A stretch of 64,000 bases of DNA from an uncultured Candidatus Micrarchaeota archaeon. Lineage in GTDB: Archaea > Micrarchaeota > Micrarchaeia > Micrarchaeales > Micrarchaeaceae. The notes below the pieces were generated by a model. The model did no database searches. It saw only the letters and a list, made by a program, of their open reading frames with translations, and had not been told where the DNA came from. The stretch lies in contig CAVUGN010000002.1 of NCBI GenBank assembly GCA_963741095.1, positions 64,001 to 128,000 on the forward strand, given 5' to 3'. Position 1 is the stretch's first letter. Each line of letters begins with the position of its first letter. The position numbers were made by a program, and so were the translations under genes. Of the stretch, positions 48,692 to 58,141 are shown in pieces.

Positions 48692-50185
48692 ATGAACATT
48701 GATGATCTGTTTGCATTGGCAAAAAGCAGGGGTCTCTTCTGGCAGAGCGCCGAGATATACGGCGGTCTCGCCGGCATATACGATTACGGCCATCTGGGGA
48801 CGCTCATTAAGAGGCGGTTCGAGAACACCTGGCTCTCATTCTTCGTGGAATCGAGCGACAACTACTACCTGATTGAGGGATCAACAATACTCCCAGAAAA
48901 GCCGCTTGTCTCATCCGGTCATGCGGAGAGATTCAACGACGTGATAATAAGCTGTATGAAGTGCCATTCGTATTACCGCGCTGACGTCCTGCTTGCGGAT
49001 CTCAAAGTTGAGGTGTCGGAGGGCGCGACCCCCGAAGAGATAGACAAGGCAGTGCAGCAGAGCGGTGCAAAGTGCCCAAAGTGCAAGGGGCAACTGTCAA
49101 AATCCAAGGCATTCAACATGATGATGGATCTGTACCTCGGTCCGGAGAAGACCGACAAGAGCTACCTAAGGCCCGAGACTGCGCAATCCGCTTATCTTAA
49201 CTTCTTCAGGGAGTTCAACATCCGAAGGAGAGCACTGCCCATGGGCATAGCGCTGATAGGGAAGGCTTACCGCAACGAGATATCGCCAAGGCAGGGCCTT
49301 TACAGGATGAGAGAGCTGACGCAGGCAGAGCTCCAGATATTCTTCGACCCGAACTCGTGGAAAGTCGACACCGATTACCTGGGCAATCCGGCAGTCAACG
49401 TCGTAACCTACAAGAAGGGGACGATGGAGAAGAAAAAGATTGGCGAGCTGGTCAGTGATGGCACGGTGCCCGAATTCTACGGATACCACATGGCGCTCAT
49501 ACACACGTTCTATACGAAAGTTCTCAAGGTTCCCGAAGAGAAGTTCAGGTTTTTCGAGAAAGGCGGCGAGGACAAGGCATTCTACAACAAGATACACATG
49601 GATCTCGAGGTCGACATCGAAAGCTGGGGCGGCTTCAAGGAAGTTGGCGGTCTTCACTACAGAGGCGACTACGACCTCACATCGCACACGAAGGGCTCCA
49701 ATCAGGACCTGTCGGTATCGATCGATGGCAAGAGGATAATGCCGAACGTACTGGAGCTCAGTTTCGGCGTTGACAGGAACGTGTGGATGCTCATCGACGT
49801 GTTCTACAAGAAGGACGGCGAGAGGTCGCTGCTCAGCCTGCCTCCGATCATGGCGCCCTACCAAGCCGCGGTGTTTTCGCTGCAAAAGGATCCAGAGATC
49901 GAGAAAGCAACAGCTAAGTTGCGCATCATACTAAAATCGCGCTTCAAGATATTCGCCGACGAATCCGGTTCGATCGGAAAGAAGTATGCCAGAATGGACG
50001 AGGTCGGCACGCCCTACTGCATAACCGTGGATTTTGATTCCGTGAACAAGGAATCGAAGGATTACGGTACGGTGACCGTGCGCAGCAGAGACGACAGATC
50101 TCAGGTGCGCATGCCTCTAGAAAAGGTACTGCCGTTCATGGAAGAAAAATTCGCGTTCAATCCCATGGAATTCATGAAGGCATAA
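48692..50185 (+). CDS. glyS: glycyl-tRNA synthetase (alpha2 type)
   Basis: EIYGG, LRPETAQ, RNEISPRQ..R.RE..QAE, ELSFGVDR, SIGK.YAR.DEVGTP. Confidence 0.96.
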   Translation: MNIDDLFALAKSRGLFWQSAEIYGGLAGIYDYGHLGTLIKRRFENTWLSFFVESSDNYYLIEGSTILPEKPLVSSGHAERFNDVIISCMKCHSYYRADVLLADLKVEVSEGATPEEIDKAVQQSGAKCPKCKGQLSKSKAFNMMMDLYLGPEKTDKSYLRPETAQSAYLNFFREFNIRRRALPMGIALIGKAYRNEISPRQGLYRMRELTQAELQIFFDPNSWKVDTDYLGNPAVNVVTYKKGTMEKKKIGELVSDGTVPEFYGYHMALIHTFYTKVLKVPEEKFRFFEKGGEDKAFYNKIHMDLEVDIESWGGFKEVGGLHYRGDYDLTSHTKGSNQDLSVSIDGKRIMPNVLELSFGVDRNVWMLIDVFYKKDGERSLLSLPPIMAPYQAAVFSLQKDPEIEKATAKLRIILKSRFKIFADESGSIGKKYARMDEVGTPYCITVDFDSVNKESKDYGTVTVRSRDDRSQVRMPLEKVLPFMEEKFAFNPMEFMKA

Positions 50186-50195
50186 GGTAGATGAG

Positions 50196-51077
50196 TTGGC
50201 ACGTGAGCGCATCAGCCAAATAGCAACCTCGCACTTCGATCTGCGGCACACCTTCGAATCGGCCAATCCTCTGACATTCTTCGGCGAATACAACCCCAAA
50301 GAAAAGAGTCTCGCTTATCCTGCAGGCCGCAATCTGGTGAAAGTAAGGTTTGTCGGAGATTCGGTGAAGGGGAAGCTCATCCTAGATGGCGACAACCCGC
50401 ATCTGAAGAAAGAGGTAATCACTAGGCTGAGGCTCAATGATGACCTAAAAAAGATATACGCAGCCATTGCAACCGATGACTTCATGGAGCGCGCAATCAA
50501 AAAATATGACGGGATGCATGTCACGCTCAATGATCCGTGGGAGACGACCGTATGCTTCATAATCTCGCAGTATAACAACGTGAAACGCATAAGAAGGATA
50601 ACAAAAAGCATCGTCGAAAGATTCGGGCAAGACATACTGGGCAGAAATGGCTATGTTGTGGCAAAGAGTTTTCCCAAAACCGCAGATCTGGCTGAAGTTA
50701 CTATCAAAGAATTCATGGAATGCGGTGCGGGTTTTCGGGCAAGATACCTGAAAGAGGCTGCAGAATATTGTTCAAGCAGCATGAATCTGAACAAAATAGG
50801 CAGACTCGATTACGATTCGTTGAAAGAGGAATTGATGGAGATAAAAGGGGTGGGCGACAAGGTGGCTGACTGCATAGCCCTCATGGGATACGGAAAACTC
50901 GAGGCTTTCCCGATAGATGTTTGGGTTAAAAGGACTATGGAGAGGGTATACTTCAAAGGAAATGATATGAAGATAGAGGACCTGCGCAAGTTCGCCAACG
51001 AAAGATTCGGCGACTATTGTGGGTACGCGCAGCAGTATATTTTTCATACCTCAAGAATTAATAATTTGTATAAATAA
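50196..51077 (+). CDS. ogg: 8-oxoguanine DNA glycosylase (OGG1-like, HhH-GPD)
   Basis: DPWE...FIISQ.NN, GFRA.Y, IKGVGDKVADC, FPIDVW, GYAQQY.F. Confidence 0.9.
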   Translation: MARERISQIATSHFDLRHTFESANPLTFFGEYNPKEKSLAYPAGRNLVKVRFVGDSVKGKLILDGDNPHLKKEVITRLRLNDDLKKIYAAIATDDFMERAIKKYDGMHVTLNDPWETTVCFIISQYNNVKRIRRITKSIVERFGQDILGRNGYVVAKSFPKTADLAEVTIKEFMECGAGFRARYLKEAAEYCSSSMNLNKIGRLDYDSLKEELMEIKGVGDKVADCIALMGYGKLEAFPIDVWVKRTMERVYFKGNDMKIEDLRKFANERFGDYCGYAQQYIFHTSRINNLYK

Positions 51078-51086
51078 AAATTATTC

Positions 51087-51977
51087 ATGATAAGCGGTTG
51101 TTGCAAAAATTGTGGGAGAACCTTTTTCACTTTTCCCTCTGATATAAATAAAGGTGGAGGCAAATTTTGCAGCACAGATTGTTTTAACAAATATCGCATA
51201 GAGACGAACGGTTGGTTCAGCGGCGCAGAAAAAATGAGATGCCTTTCATGTGGCAAAGAGTTTTTAGTTGCTAAATGGTTTGTAATTAAAAGAGGGCGAA
51301 AATTCTGTAGTATAAAATGTGTTGGTAAATACTACTCTGGGAAAAACAGTCCGTTTTGGAAGGGAGGAAAAATAGAAAGAAAATGTCTAAATTGCGGTAA
51401 AATATTTGCAGTTAGAAAATATACAGTCGCTGAAAATCACGGCAAATTTTGTGGCAGATACTGTATGGGCAAGTATAATAGTAAACATTATTCTGGGAAA
51501 AACAGTTTTAACTACAGAGAGGATTCCGGTCCAAACATAACCGTAATATGTAAATTTTGTCATAAATCATACAAAGTCTACCCTTCCCAAATGAGGCGCA
51601 CAAAATTTTGTTCGAAGCATTGCTTAAATCTTCACAACTATATTAATGCGCCATCAAAAGATACTAACATAGAAAAAGAAGTTAGCCTGTGGCTAAATGA
51701 ATTACATATTAAATACGAACAACAAAAACTACTCCTAAATACTACCTTTGCGGATTTCTTTTTAGAGCCCAATATTGCAATATACTGTGATGGGAAATAC
51801 TGGCATTCAAAATCTTATACTAAAAATAGAGACAAATTCGTAAACAAGCTTTTGAAAGACAATGGTTATAAAGTCCTACGACTTAAAGAAAAAGAAATAA
51901 AGAATCAATCTGGCAAAATCAAACTGAATAATATCATAAAAATTAACAAAGGCGACAAATTTGAGGGAACTGATTAA
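51087..51977 (+). mobile_element. AT-rich inserted ORF: tandem Cys-rich zinc-finger repeats plus C-terminal Vsr/DUF559-like endonuclease (putative free-standing homing endonuclease)
   Basis: Four CxxC-G-K-x-F...KFC(S/G)xxC repeats; DFFLE...IYCDGKYWH...RDK..N..L...GYKVLRL; sharp AT-rich contrast to both neighbours. Confidence 0.75.
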
Positions 51978-52536
51978 CGACGTACGTAAAACAGGCAAGT
52001 ATCTGTCGAATAAGCAGAAGGAGTTCGACAGCGTGACGGACGTGAGCAGGGAGATCATACGCGATTCCGCGAGCGCGATAACCATGCTGCACAACAACGA
52101 TCCAAAAGGCGCGGCCAAGACGATAAAAGCGGCATACACAGGCGTTAAAAAGCTGAACAAGTCAGACACGAGATTCGAGTACTACTCAAGGCAGGCATAC
52201 CAGGAATACGCGGAAGCCACGATATTCTACGGGATAAAGACGAAGAGGGTGGTGCCATCGATCAAGGAAGTCGGCGTGGAGGCGGAAGCCTACCTGCTCG
52301 GCCTCATGGATGTGATGGGCGAGCTCAAGCGGGAGATACTGGAGGAATTGCGGAACGGCAACGTAGAAAAGGCCGAGTTCTATTTCGGCAAGATGAGGCT
52401 GATATACGACAGCACAAGAAGCCTTAGATTTGCAGAGGCGATACTCAACGGATTCAGGAGGAAGCAGGACGTGGCAAGAATACAGCTGGAGGGTGCGGGA
52501 AGCGAGATGCTCTCGTCAAAGTCGAAAAAAGAATGA
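51961..52536 (+). CDS. translin/TRAX (C3PO-like) family protein
   Basis: SREIIR, QEYAEA, YLLGLMD..GELKR, RRKQD.AR. Confidence 0.88.
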   Translation: MRELINDVRKTGKYLSNKQKEFDSVTDVSREIIRDSASAITMLHNNDPKGAAKTIKAAYTGVKKLNKSDTRFEYYSRQAYQEYAEATIFYGIKTKRVVPSIKEVGVEAEAYLLGLMDVMGELKREILEELRNGNVEKAEFYFGKMRLIYDSTRSLRFAEAILNGFRRKQDVARIQLEGAGSEMLSSKSKKE

Positions 52537-52538
52537 CA

Positions 52539-53861
52539 TCAGCGGCGCCTTGCGCGCGCGTCGACCGTCTTTATCGCGTCCTCGAATATGTCCAAGCCCT
52601 TTTTCAGATCCGCTTCGGTCGAAGTGACTGGGGGGATTATCCTTATGGCCGATTTGCCGCACGGAAGCAGTAACAGGCCGTTCCTGAACGCCTCGACAAG
52701 CACATCATCGCTCTCCTTGATTGCCGGAGTCTTGCTCTCCTTGTCCTTAACCAGCTCTACCCCTATCATCATGCCCATGCCCCTTACGTCGCCGACAATC
52801 TCGTAGTCATCCTTCATCTCGTTGAGCCTGTCCATGATCATTTTGCCGTTCTTCTTGACCTTTGCCTGCAGGCTCTTCATATTCTTTTTTACGTAATCAA
52901 GAGCTGCCTCAGCAGAAGCCACCTCGGGCAGGTTGCCGCCGAACGTAGTGCCGTGTGCGCCCCTTGGAATGTCCCCCAAAGAGCTCCTCGCGATAGTGGC
53001 GCCTAGTGGAAGTCCCCCTCCCAGCGCCTTTGCCATCGTGTAGATGTCGGCCTCGACGCCGAAGTTGTCAAGGGCCAAGAACTTCCCGGTTCTCATGTAT
53101 CCGGACTGCACCTCATCGGCGATGAGCAGTATGCCGTGCTCGCTCGCAAGCTTCCTCAACTCCTTCATGAACAGCTTGGGCGGCACTACATACCCTCCCT
53201 CTCCCTGTATCGGCTCTATCATTATCGCAGCCACTTCCTCGGGATCAACATCCCTTTCAAGTATCGTGTCCCTCAGGTAAGAGATGCAGAACCTTGCGCA
53301 CTCGTTGGCGTCTCCGTACGGAAACCTGTACGGATACGGATAAGGAGCATGAATCACAGAATTGAACGGTCCGAAGTGCGCCCTCTGTGTCTTGCTTGAT
53401 GCAGTCACGCCCAACGAGCCGTAACTTCTTCCATGGAACGCGCCGTAGAAGCCTATCACATACTGTCTTTTCGTGAATATCTTTGCGAATTTAATGGCCG
53501 CCTCGTTCGCTTCGGTGCCGGAATTGGAGAAGAAGACGCGACCGAAGCCCTTCGGGAACATCGTCACCAGCTTCTCCGCATAGCGCACTGGCAGTTCGGC
53601 GTAGAAGTCTGTGAATGCGGCGTGCATCATCTTGTCGATCTGCGCCTTGGCAGCCTTCCTAGAAGCTACGCGGCCATCCTCCCCCAGATTGTAAACGGAA
53701 ATGAAGCTTGTGAAATCTATGAACTTGTTTCCTGCTATGTCGTAGACGTAGTCGCCGTCGCCGTGGTCGGCAACGAACGGGTATGGCACCCTCTTCATCG
53801 AGAATATTACTTTCCCATCCCTCTCCATCACTTTCTCTATGCTCTTGGTGATCTTTATCAT
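52539..53861 (-). CDS. class III PLP aminotransferase (4-aminobutyrate/ornithine type)
   Basis: NSGTEANEAA, FHGR, EPIQGEGG, DEVQSG, AKALGGG, TFGGN. Confidence 0.92.
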   Translation of the reverse strand: MIKITKSIEKVMERDGKVIFSMKRVPYPFVADHGDGDYVYDIAGNKFIDFTSFISVYNLGEDGRVASRKAAKAQIDKMMHAAFTDFYAELPVRYAEKLVTMFPKGFGRVFFSNSGTEANEAAIKFAKIFTKRQYVIGFYGAFHGRSYGSLGVTASSKTQRAHFGPFNSVIHAPYPYPYRFPYGDANECARFCISYLRDTILERDVDPEEVAAIMIEPIQGEGGYVVPPKLFMKELRKLASEHGILLIADEVQSGYMRTGKFLALDNFGVEADIYTMAKALGGGLPLGATIARSSLGDIPRGAHGTTFGGNLPEVASAEAALDYVKKNMKSLQAKVKKNGKMIMDRLNEMKDDYEIVGDVRGMGMMIGVELVKDKESKTPAIKESDDVLVEAFRNGLLLLPCGKSAIRIIPPVTSTEADLKKGLDIFEDAIKTVDARARRR

Positions 53862-55255
53862 AAGATCTTGCCTCTGTACTTCGAATAGTCTATCAGCGCC
53901 GCCATGGAGCTTGCGGCCTCAGAAGGGGAACTGTAGACCGGCACGCCGGAGCTCTCCATCATCGCCCTGTGCGCCTGCGTGTAGCTGCCACCCATGCTTA
54001 TAACGACCAACGGCTTCTTCATCTGTGTGCCGAAATGTATCAGGCTCGCGGCAAGCTTCGAATCGGCTCCAGGCGTCTGGAACAGGGCTATCACAACAAT
54101 TGCGTCAACATTGTCGTCGCTCTCCACCGCGTTGAGCGCATCGCCGAACCTTTTTTCATCGGCATCTCCGGCAAGGTCCAAGGGCAACCTGATGTTCACT
54201 ATCGATGGCATGACCTTCTTCAGCGACGTCTCTGAATCCTTCGACAGCGTTGCCAATTTCAGGCCGCTCTTGTAAAGCGCGTCCGTGGTGAGCACTCCCG
54301 TCCCTCCGCCGTTAGTGATTATCGCGATCCTGTTGCCCGTAGCCAAGGGCTGCGTGCTGAGCACCTTTGCGAAGTTCAGCAGGTCCTTCAGGTCGCTCGC
54401 GATCGAGAATCCACACTGCCTGAAGACCGCCTCATAGGCCTGATAGCTGCCGGTCAGTGCAGCAGTGTGCGAATGCGCAGCTCCCGCGCCCGCCTCGGTT
54501 ATGCCGCCCTTTATTATCACGACCGGCTTTACCTTCGTAACCTCCTTTGCTATCTCTATGAACTCCTTGCCCCTCTTCACGCCTTCTATGTAGAAAATTA
54601 TGACCTTCGTCTCCTTGTCGTGCAGCAGATAGTGCAGTATGTCGACCTCGTCGACAACAGCCGCATTGCCGTAGGATATGAAGCGCGCAAGCCCGAAACC
54701 CTCGTTGTTTATCATGTCCAGCACCGAGCTTCCTACGGCGCCGCTCTGCGACACGAAACTGATGCCTCCGACCTTTGCCTTGTCGATCTTGAACGAGGGC
54801 AGGAACAAGGTGTTGTTCCTTGATCTCGGATCCATCACCCCCAAGCAGTTCGGCCCTATCACCGGCATCGAGTACTTCTTCGCGACCTTTTCGAGCTGGT
54901 TCTGCAGATCAACATTGCCGACCTCCGCAAAGCCGCCGCTCACAACCACTACTCCCTTGACTTTTGCCTTGCCGCATTCCTCGAGCACGCTGGGCACTAT
55001 CATCGCGGGCACCGCTATCACCGCAAGGTCTATCTCATCCTTCACGTCAAGAACGCTCTTGTAGGACTTGATCCCCATTATGGTGCCAGTGCTGTTGATG
55101 TTTATGGGATAAAGCTTGCCGGAATATCCCTCCTCAACGTAATTGCTCATGATTATGTGCCCGACCTTGTCCGGATTGTCAGACGCGCCTATTATCGCTA
55201 CCGATCTCGGGTGCACTATGGCCTCAATGTCTGCGTAGTTCTTGTTTTCGGGCAT
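53858..55255 (-). CDS. acdA: ADP-forming acetyl-CoA synthetase alpha subunit
   Basis: P.SVAIIGAS, GPNCLG, SQSGA, SHT (phospho-His), TNGGG.GV, DLAGDA. Confidence 0.93.
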   Translation of the reverse strand: MPENKNYADIEAIVHPRSVAIIGASDNPDKVGHIIMSNYVEEGYSGKLYPININSTGTIMGIKSYKSVLDVKDEIDLAVIAVPAMIVPSVLEECGKAKVKGVVVVSGGFAEVGNVDLQNQLEKVAKKYSMPVIGPNCLGVMDPRSRNNTLFLPSFKIDKAKVGGISFVSQSGAVGSSVLDMINNEGFGLARFISYGNAAVVDEVDILHYLLHDKETKVIIFYIEGVKRGKEFIEIAKEVTKVKPVVIIKGGITEAGAGAAHSHTAALTGSYQAYEAVFRQCGFSIASDLKDLLNFAKVLSTQPLATGNRIAIITNGGGTGVLTTDALYKSGLKLATLSKDSETSLKKVMPSIVNIRLPLDLAGDADEKRFGDALNAVESDDNVDAIVVIALFQTPGADSKLAASLIHFGTQMKKPLVVISMGGSYTQAHRAMMESSGVPVYSSPSEAASSMAALIDYSKYRGKIL

Positions 55256-55268
55256 AGGATCATGCATT

Positions 55269-55883
55269 CTATTCTATCATGCGCAGGTCGACCGCCTCAT
55301 AGCCGGTCTCGTTTATTATGATCGGGTTCAAGTCGAGCTCGCTTATCTTCGTGTCATAGAACATCCTCGACGCCTTCATCAGAAGATCCACGACCCTCTT
55401 TTCCGCTTCCGGATTCGGCGCGATGACATTGTGCGACTTGAGCTGGAGCAGCATCTCCTTTGCGTCGTAGGTGCTTATGGGGCAGACCCTGCTGGCCGCG
55501 TCCTTGAACGTCTCGACGTATATGCCTCCAAGTCCTATCAGTATCAGCTTGCCGAACTGCGGGTCGGTGTTGCCGCCGATTATTATCTCGATGCCCTTCT
55601 TTGCCATGACCTGCGCGAGTATCTCAAACGGCGCGAACTCCTGCGCCTTCTTCTCCAAATCGGCATAGGCCTTCGTTATCTTCTCCTTCGAATTCAGGTC
55701 AAGCGCCACGAGGCCGCTCTTTGACTTGTGCATCGCCTTCTGCGCTATCACCTTCAGCACTATGCTCCGGTTCCTGGAGAAATTCACCGCTTCATCCGCG
55801 CTCTTGACATAAGTGCTCTCGATGCTGCGTATCCCGTACTTCTCCAGGATTCGATAAGCTTCCATGTAGTCTAAAAGTGCCAT
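55269..55883 (-). CDS. acdB: ADP-forming acetyl-CoA synthetase beta subunit
   Basis: HKS..G.V.L, DPQFG, G.GGIYVE, ELDLNP, AVD.R. Confidence 0.9.
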   Translation of the reverse strand: MALLDYMEAYRILEKYGIRSIESTYVKSADEAVNFSRNRSIVLKVIAQKAMHKSKSGLVALDLNSKEKITKAYADLEKKAQEFAPFEILAQVMAKKGIEIIIGGNTDPQFGKLILIGLGGIYVETFKDAASRVCPISTYDAKEMLLQLKSHNVIAPNPEAEKRVVDLLMKASRMFYDTKISELDLNPIIINETGYEAVDLRMIE

Positions 55884-55911
55884 TCACTCACCCATACGCA
55901 GTTGCTGTCCG

Positions 55912-56679
55912 CTAGAACTTGATCAAATTCATCATGTACGCCAGCACGGCGACGATCACGATTATCCCGATAGCCGCAATCACATAATACATCCTCTTCA
56001 TCTTCGCCTTCTTTATGTTGGCTTCCAGCTGGTTTATGTCAAGCGGGGGTTTCTGCTGCGCAGCCGCAGCTGTTGCTGCTTGGCCGGTTCCTCCCATTGG
56101 CTGTGCACCCGCCGCTCCAGATTGCTGCTGGGCCGGCTGCTGCCCCTCCTGCGACATCGGATTCGCCGCCTGCTGCTGTGCATCCGCTGCAGCCTGTGCG
56201 GTCTTCTCCTCCTGCGTCTGAGGCATGCCACTTCTCGCCTGGACGAAGCCCTTCTCGGTAAGCGTTATGGTCACCAACCCGTTCCTGAACTCGTACGTGA
56301 GGTACTGCTGCTGCCCCAGTTTGTAGAGATGCATAGCAAGGTCGGTCGGCCTGATGTTGATGGCGCCGCTCAGATCCTGTATGGTCCGCTTGCCGTTAGA
56401 AAGCTGCGTAAGTATGGCATAATCCAGGTGCCCGAATTCCGCAGCGGTGCCTGCAATCGCATCGGCCATGACCTTCTTGCCCAGCTCCGTCACGGTCACC
56501 GCGCTCTGTCCCGGGAACGAGGTCGTGAAATCGACGAGCCCCTTCTGCCTCAGAGTGGCCAGTATGTTGGAGGCATCGAAGAAGGACGAGTTTATCATGC
56601 CGCCGAATTTTTCGGCGTAGGTGTCCGGTGTTATCCTGCTAAGCGCGACAATATCAACAAAATTTACCTCGTCAGGCAT
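55912..56679 (-). CDS. hypothetical tail-anchored protein with two winged-helix-like domains and a Q/A-rich linker
   Basis: Two LxxxGLV/YL...(V/L)T(E)xG wing motifs; low-complexity linker; single C-terminal TM. Confidence 0.7.
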   Translation of the reverse strand: MPDEVNFVDIVALSRITPDTYAEKFGGMINSSFFDASNILATLRQKGLVDFTTSFPGQSAVTVTELGKKVMADAIAGTAAEFGHLDYAILTQLSNGKRTIQDLSGAINIRPTDLAMHLYKLGQQQYLTYEFRNGLVTITLTEKGFVQARSGMPQTQEEKTAQAAADAQQQAANPMSQEGQQPAQQQSGAAGAQPMGGTGQAATAAAAQQKPPLDINQLEANIKKAKMKRMYYVIAAIGIIVIVAVLAYMMNLIKF

Positions 56680-56875
56680 TGAATCACTACTACTAAGAAA
56701 CAAACATATTTATTAGCTTTATCGCCTTTTGAGCATCTCCGGGGCGATGTCTGCCGGTTCAAGGCAAACCGCGCACGAGAAACTGCCATAGAAAGTATTT
56801 TAGTTTTTGGATTCGAAGCCAATGCACTAGGCGGCAGTCAAATCTTCATTTTAACACGACGAATGGTAATCATTG

Positions 56876-58132
56876 ATGCTACTAAATTTTCTGGGAGGCG
56901 CAAGAGAGGTTGGAAGGTCTGCCGTGCTACTGCAGGACGGCGGCAAGAGCCTGATGCTCGACCACGGGGTGAAAGTGGGTGACAAGCCGGAATACCCGCT
57001 CCCTGCCTCGCACGTCGACGGAGTGGTGCTGAGCCACGCGCATCTTGACCACAGCGGCTCCGTCCCCGTAATCTACAACAACGAGCTGGTACCGACCTTC
57101 GGCACCGCGCCCACACTCAAGCTGTCCGAGCTGCTTCTGGACGACTCGCTTGAGATAGCGAGGAAGGAGCACATGCAGCCCAGGTTCCACAAGCGCCAGA
57201 TATCGAGCTTCATGAACCGGTACATAAGCCTGAATTACCACGCGAGAAGCGAGCTCGGCAATTTCGGGATAGAGATGCACGATGCAGGCCACGTGAGCGG
57301 CAGTGCGGTAACGCTGATAGAAAGGACGAAAGCCAAGGAGAACCGGCGCGTGGTCTACACCGGAGACTTCAAGATGGAGGCGCAGTACCTCCACAAGGGG
57401 GCCGAGGTCGTCAAGTCGGATGTGCTGATAACCGAATCGACCTACGCCACAAGGGAGCACCCCGACCGGAACAAGCTGATAAAGGATTTCGTCGAGAACG
57501 TGCGAAGCACTCTGGATGACGGCGGAACGGCGCTGGTACCAGTGTTTGCCGTGGGGAGGAGCCAGGAGATACTCTCAATCCTTTACAGACACAGGCTCAC
57601 ACCTGCAACGTACGTGGATGGCATGGCCAGGGCCGCCACGACCATAATACTGAAGCACCCGGATTTCATAAGGCACGACGGCGTCCTGTCAAAGGCGGTC
57701 GAGGAGTGCATGATGATAAAGGACAAGCGCCACAGGAAGGACGTGCTGAACGAGCCGTCAATAATCCTGACCACCGCGGGAATGCTGAACGGCGGCCCTG
57801 TCCTGAATTATATAACAAAGCTGAACAAGAAGTCGAAGATACTCATAACCGGTTACCAGGTTGCCGGCACGAACGGCCGCACTCTTCTGGATCGGGGCGT
57901 TGTGATCATCGACGAGAACCCGGTGAAGATAAGCACACCGACCTTCTACTACGACCTGTCCGCGCATGCCGGCAAGGACGACCTGTACAAGTACGTCAGG
58001 CAGTCCGCGCCTCGGATTGTCATCTGCATGCACGGCGACGAGAACAACACTACGGATTTCGCAGAGAATCTTAAAATGGAGGGATACGAAGCCTACTCCC
58101 CAAAAATCGGAGAGACCATCAAGCTGGAATGA
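56876..58132 (+). CDS. MBL-fold beta-CASP ribonuclease (aCPSF2-like)
   Basis: GGAREVGRS, HAHLDHSG, AGH, YTGD, ESTY, FAVGRSQE, SAH, HGD. Confidence 0.93.
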   Translation: MLLNFLGGAREVGRSAVLLQDGGKSLMLDHGVKVGDKPEYPLPASHVDGVVLSHAHLDHSGSVPVIYNNELVPTFGTAPTLKLSELLLDDSLEIARKEHMQPRFHKRQISSFMNRYISLNYHARSELGNFGIEMHDAGHVSGSAVTLIERTKAKENRRVVYTGDFKMEAQYLHKGAEVVKSDVLITESTYATREHPDRNKLIKDFVENVRSTLDDGGTALVPVFAVGRSQEILSILYRHRLTPATYVDGMARAATTIILKHPDFIRHDGVLSKAVEECMMIKDKRHRKDVLNEPSIILTTAGMLNGGPVLNYITKLNKKSKILITGYQVAGTNGRTLLDRGVVIIDENPVKISTPTFYYDLSAHAGKDDLYKYVRQSAPRIVICMHGDENNTTDFAENLKMEGYEAYSPKIGETIKLE

Positions 58133-58141
58133 TTCTTAAAA

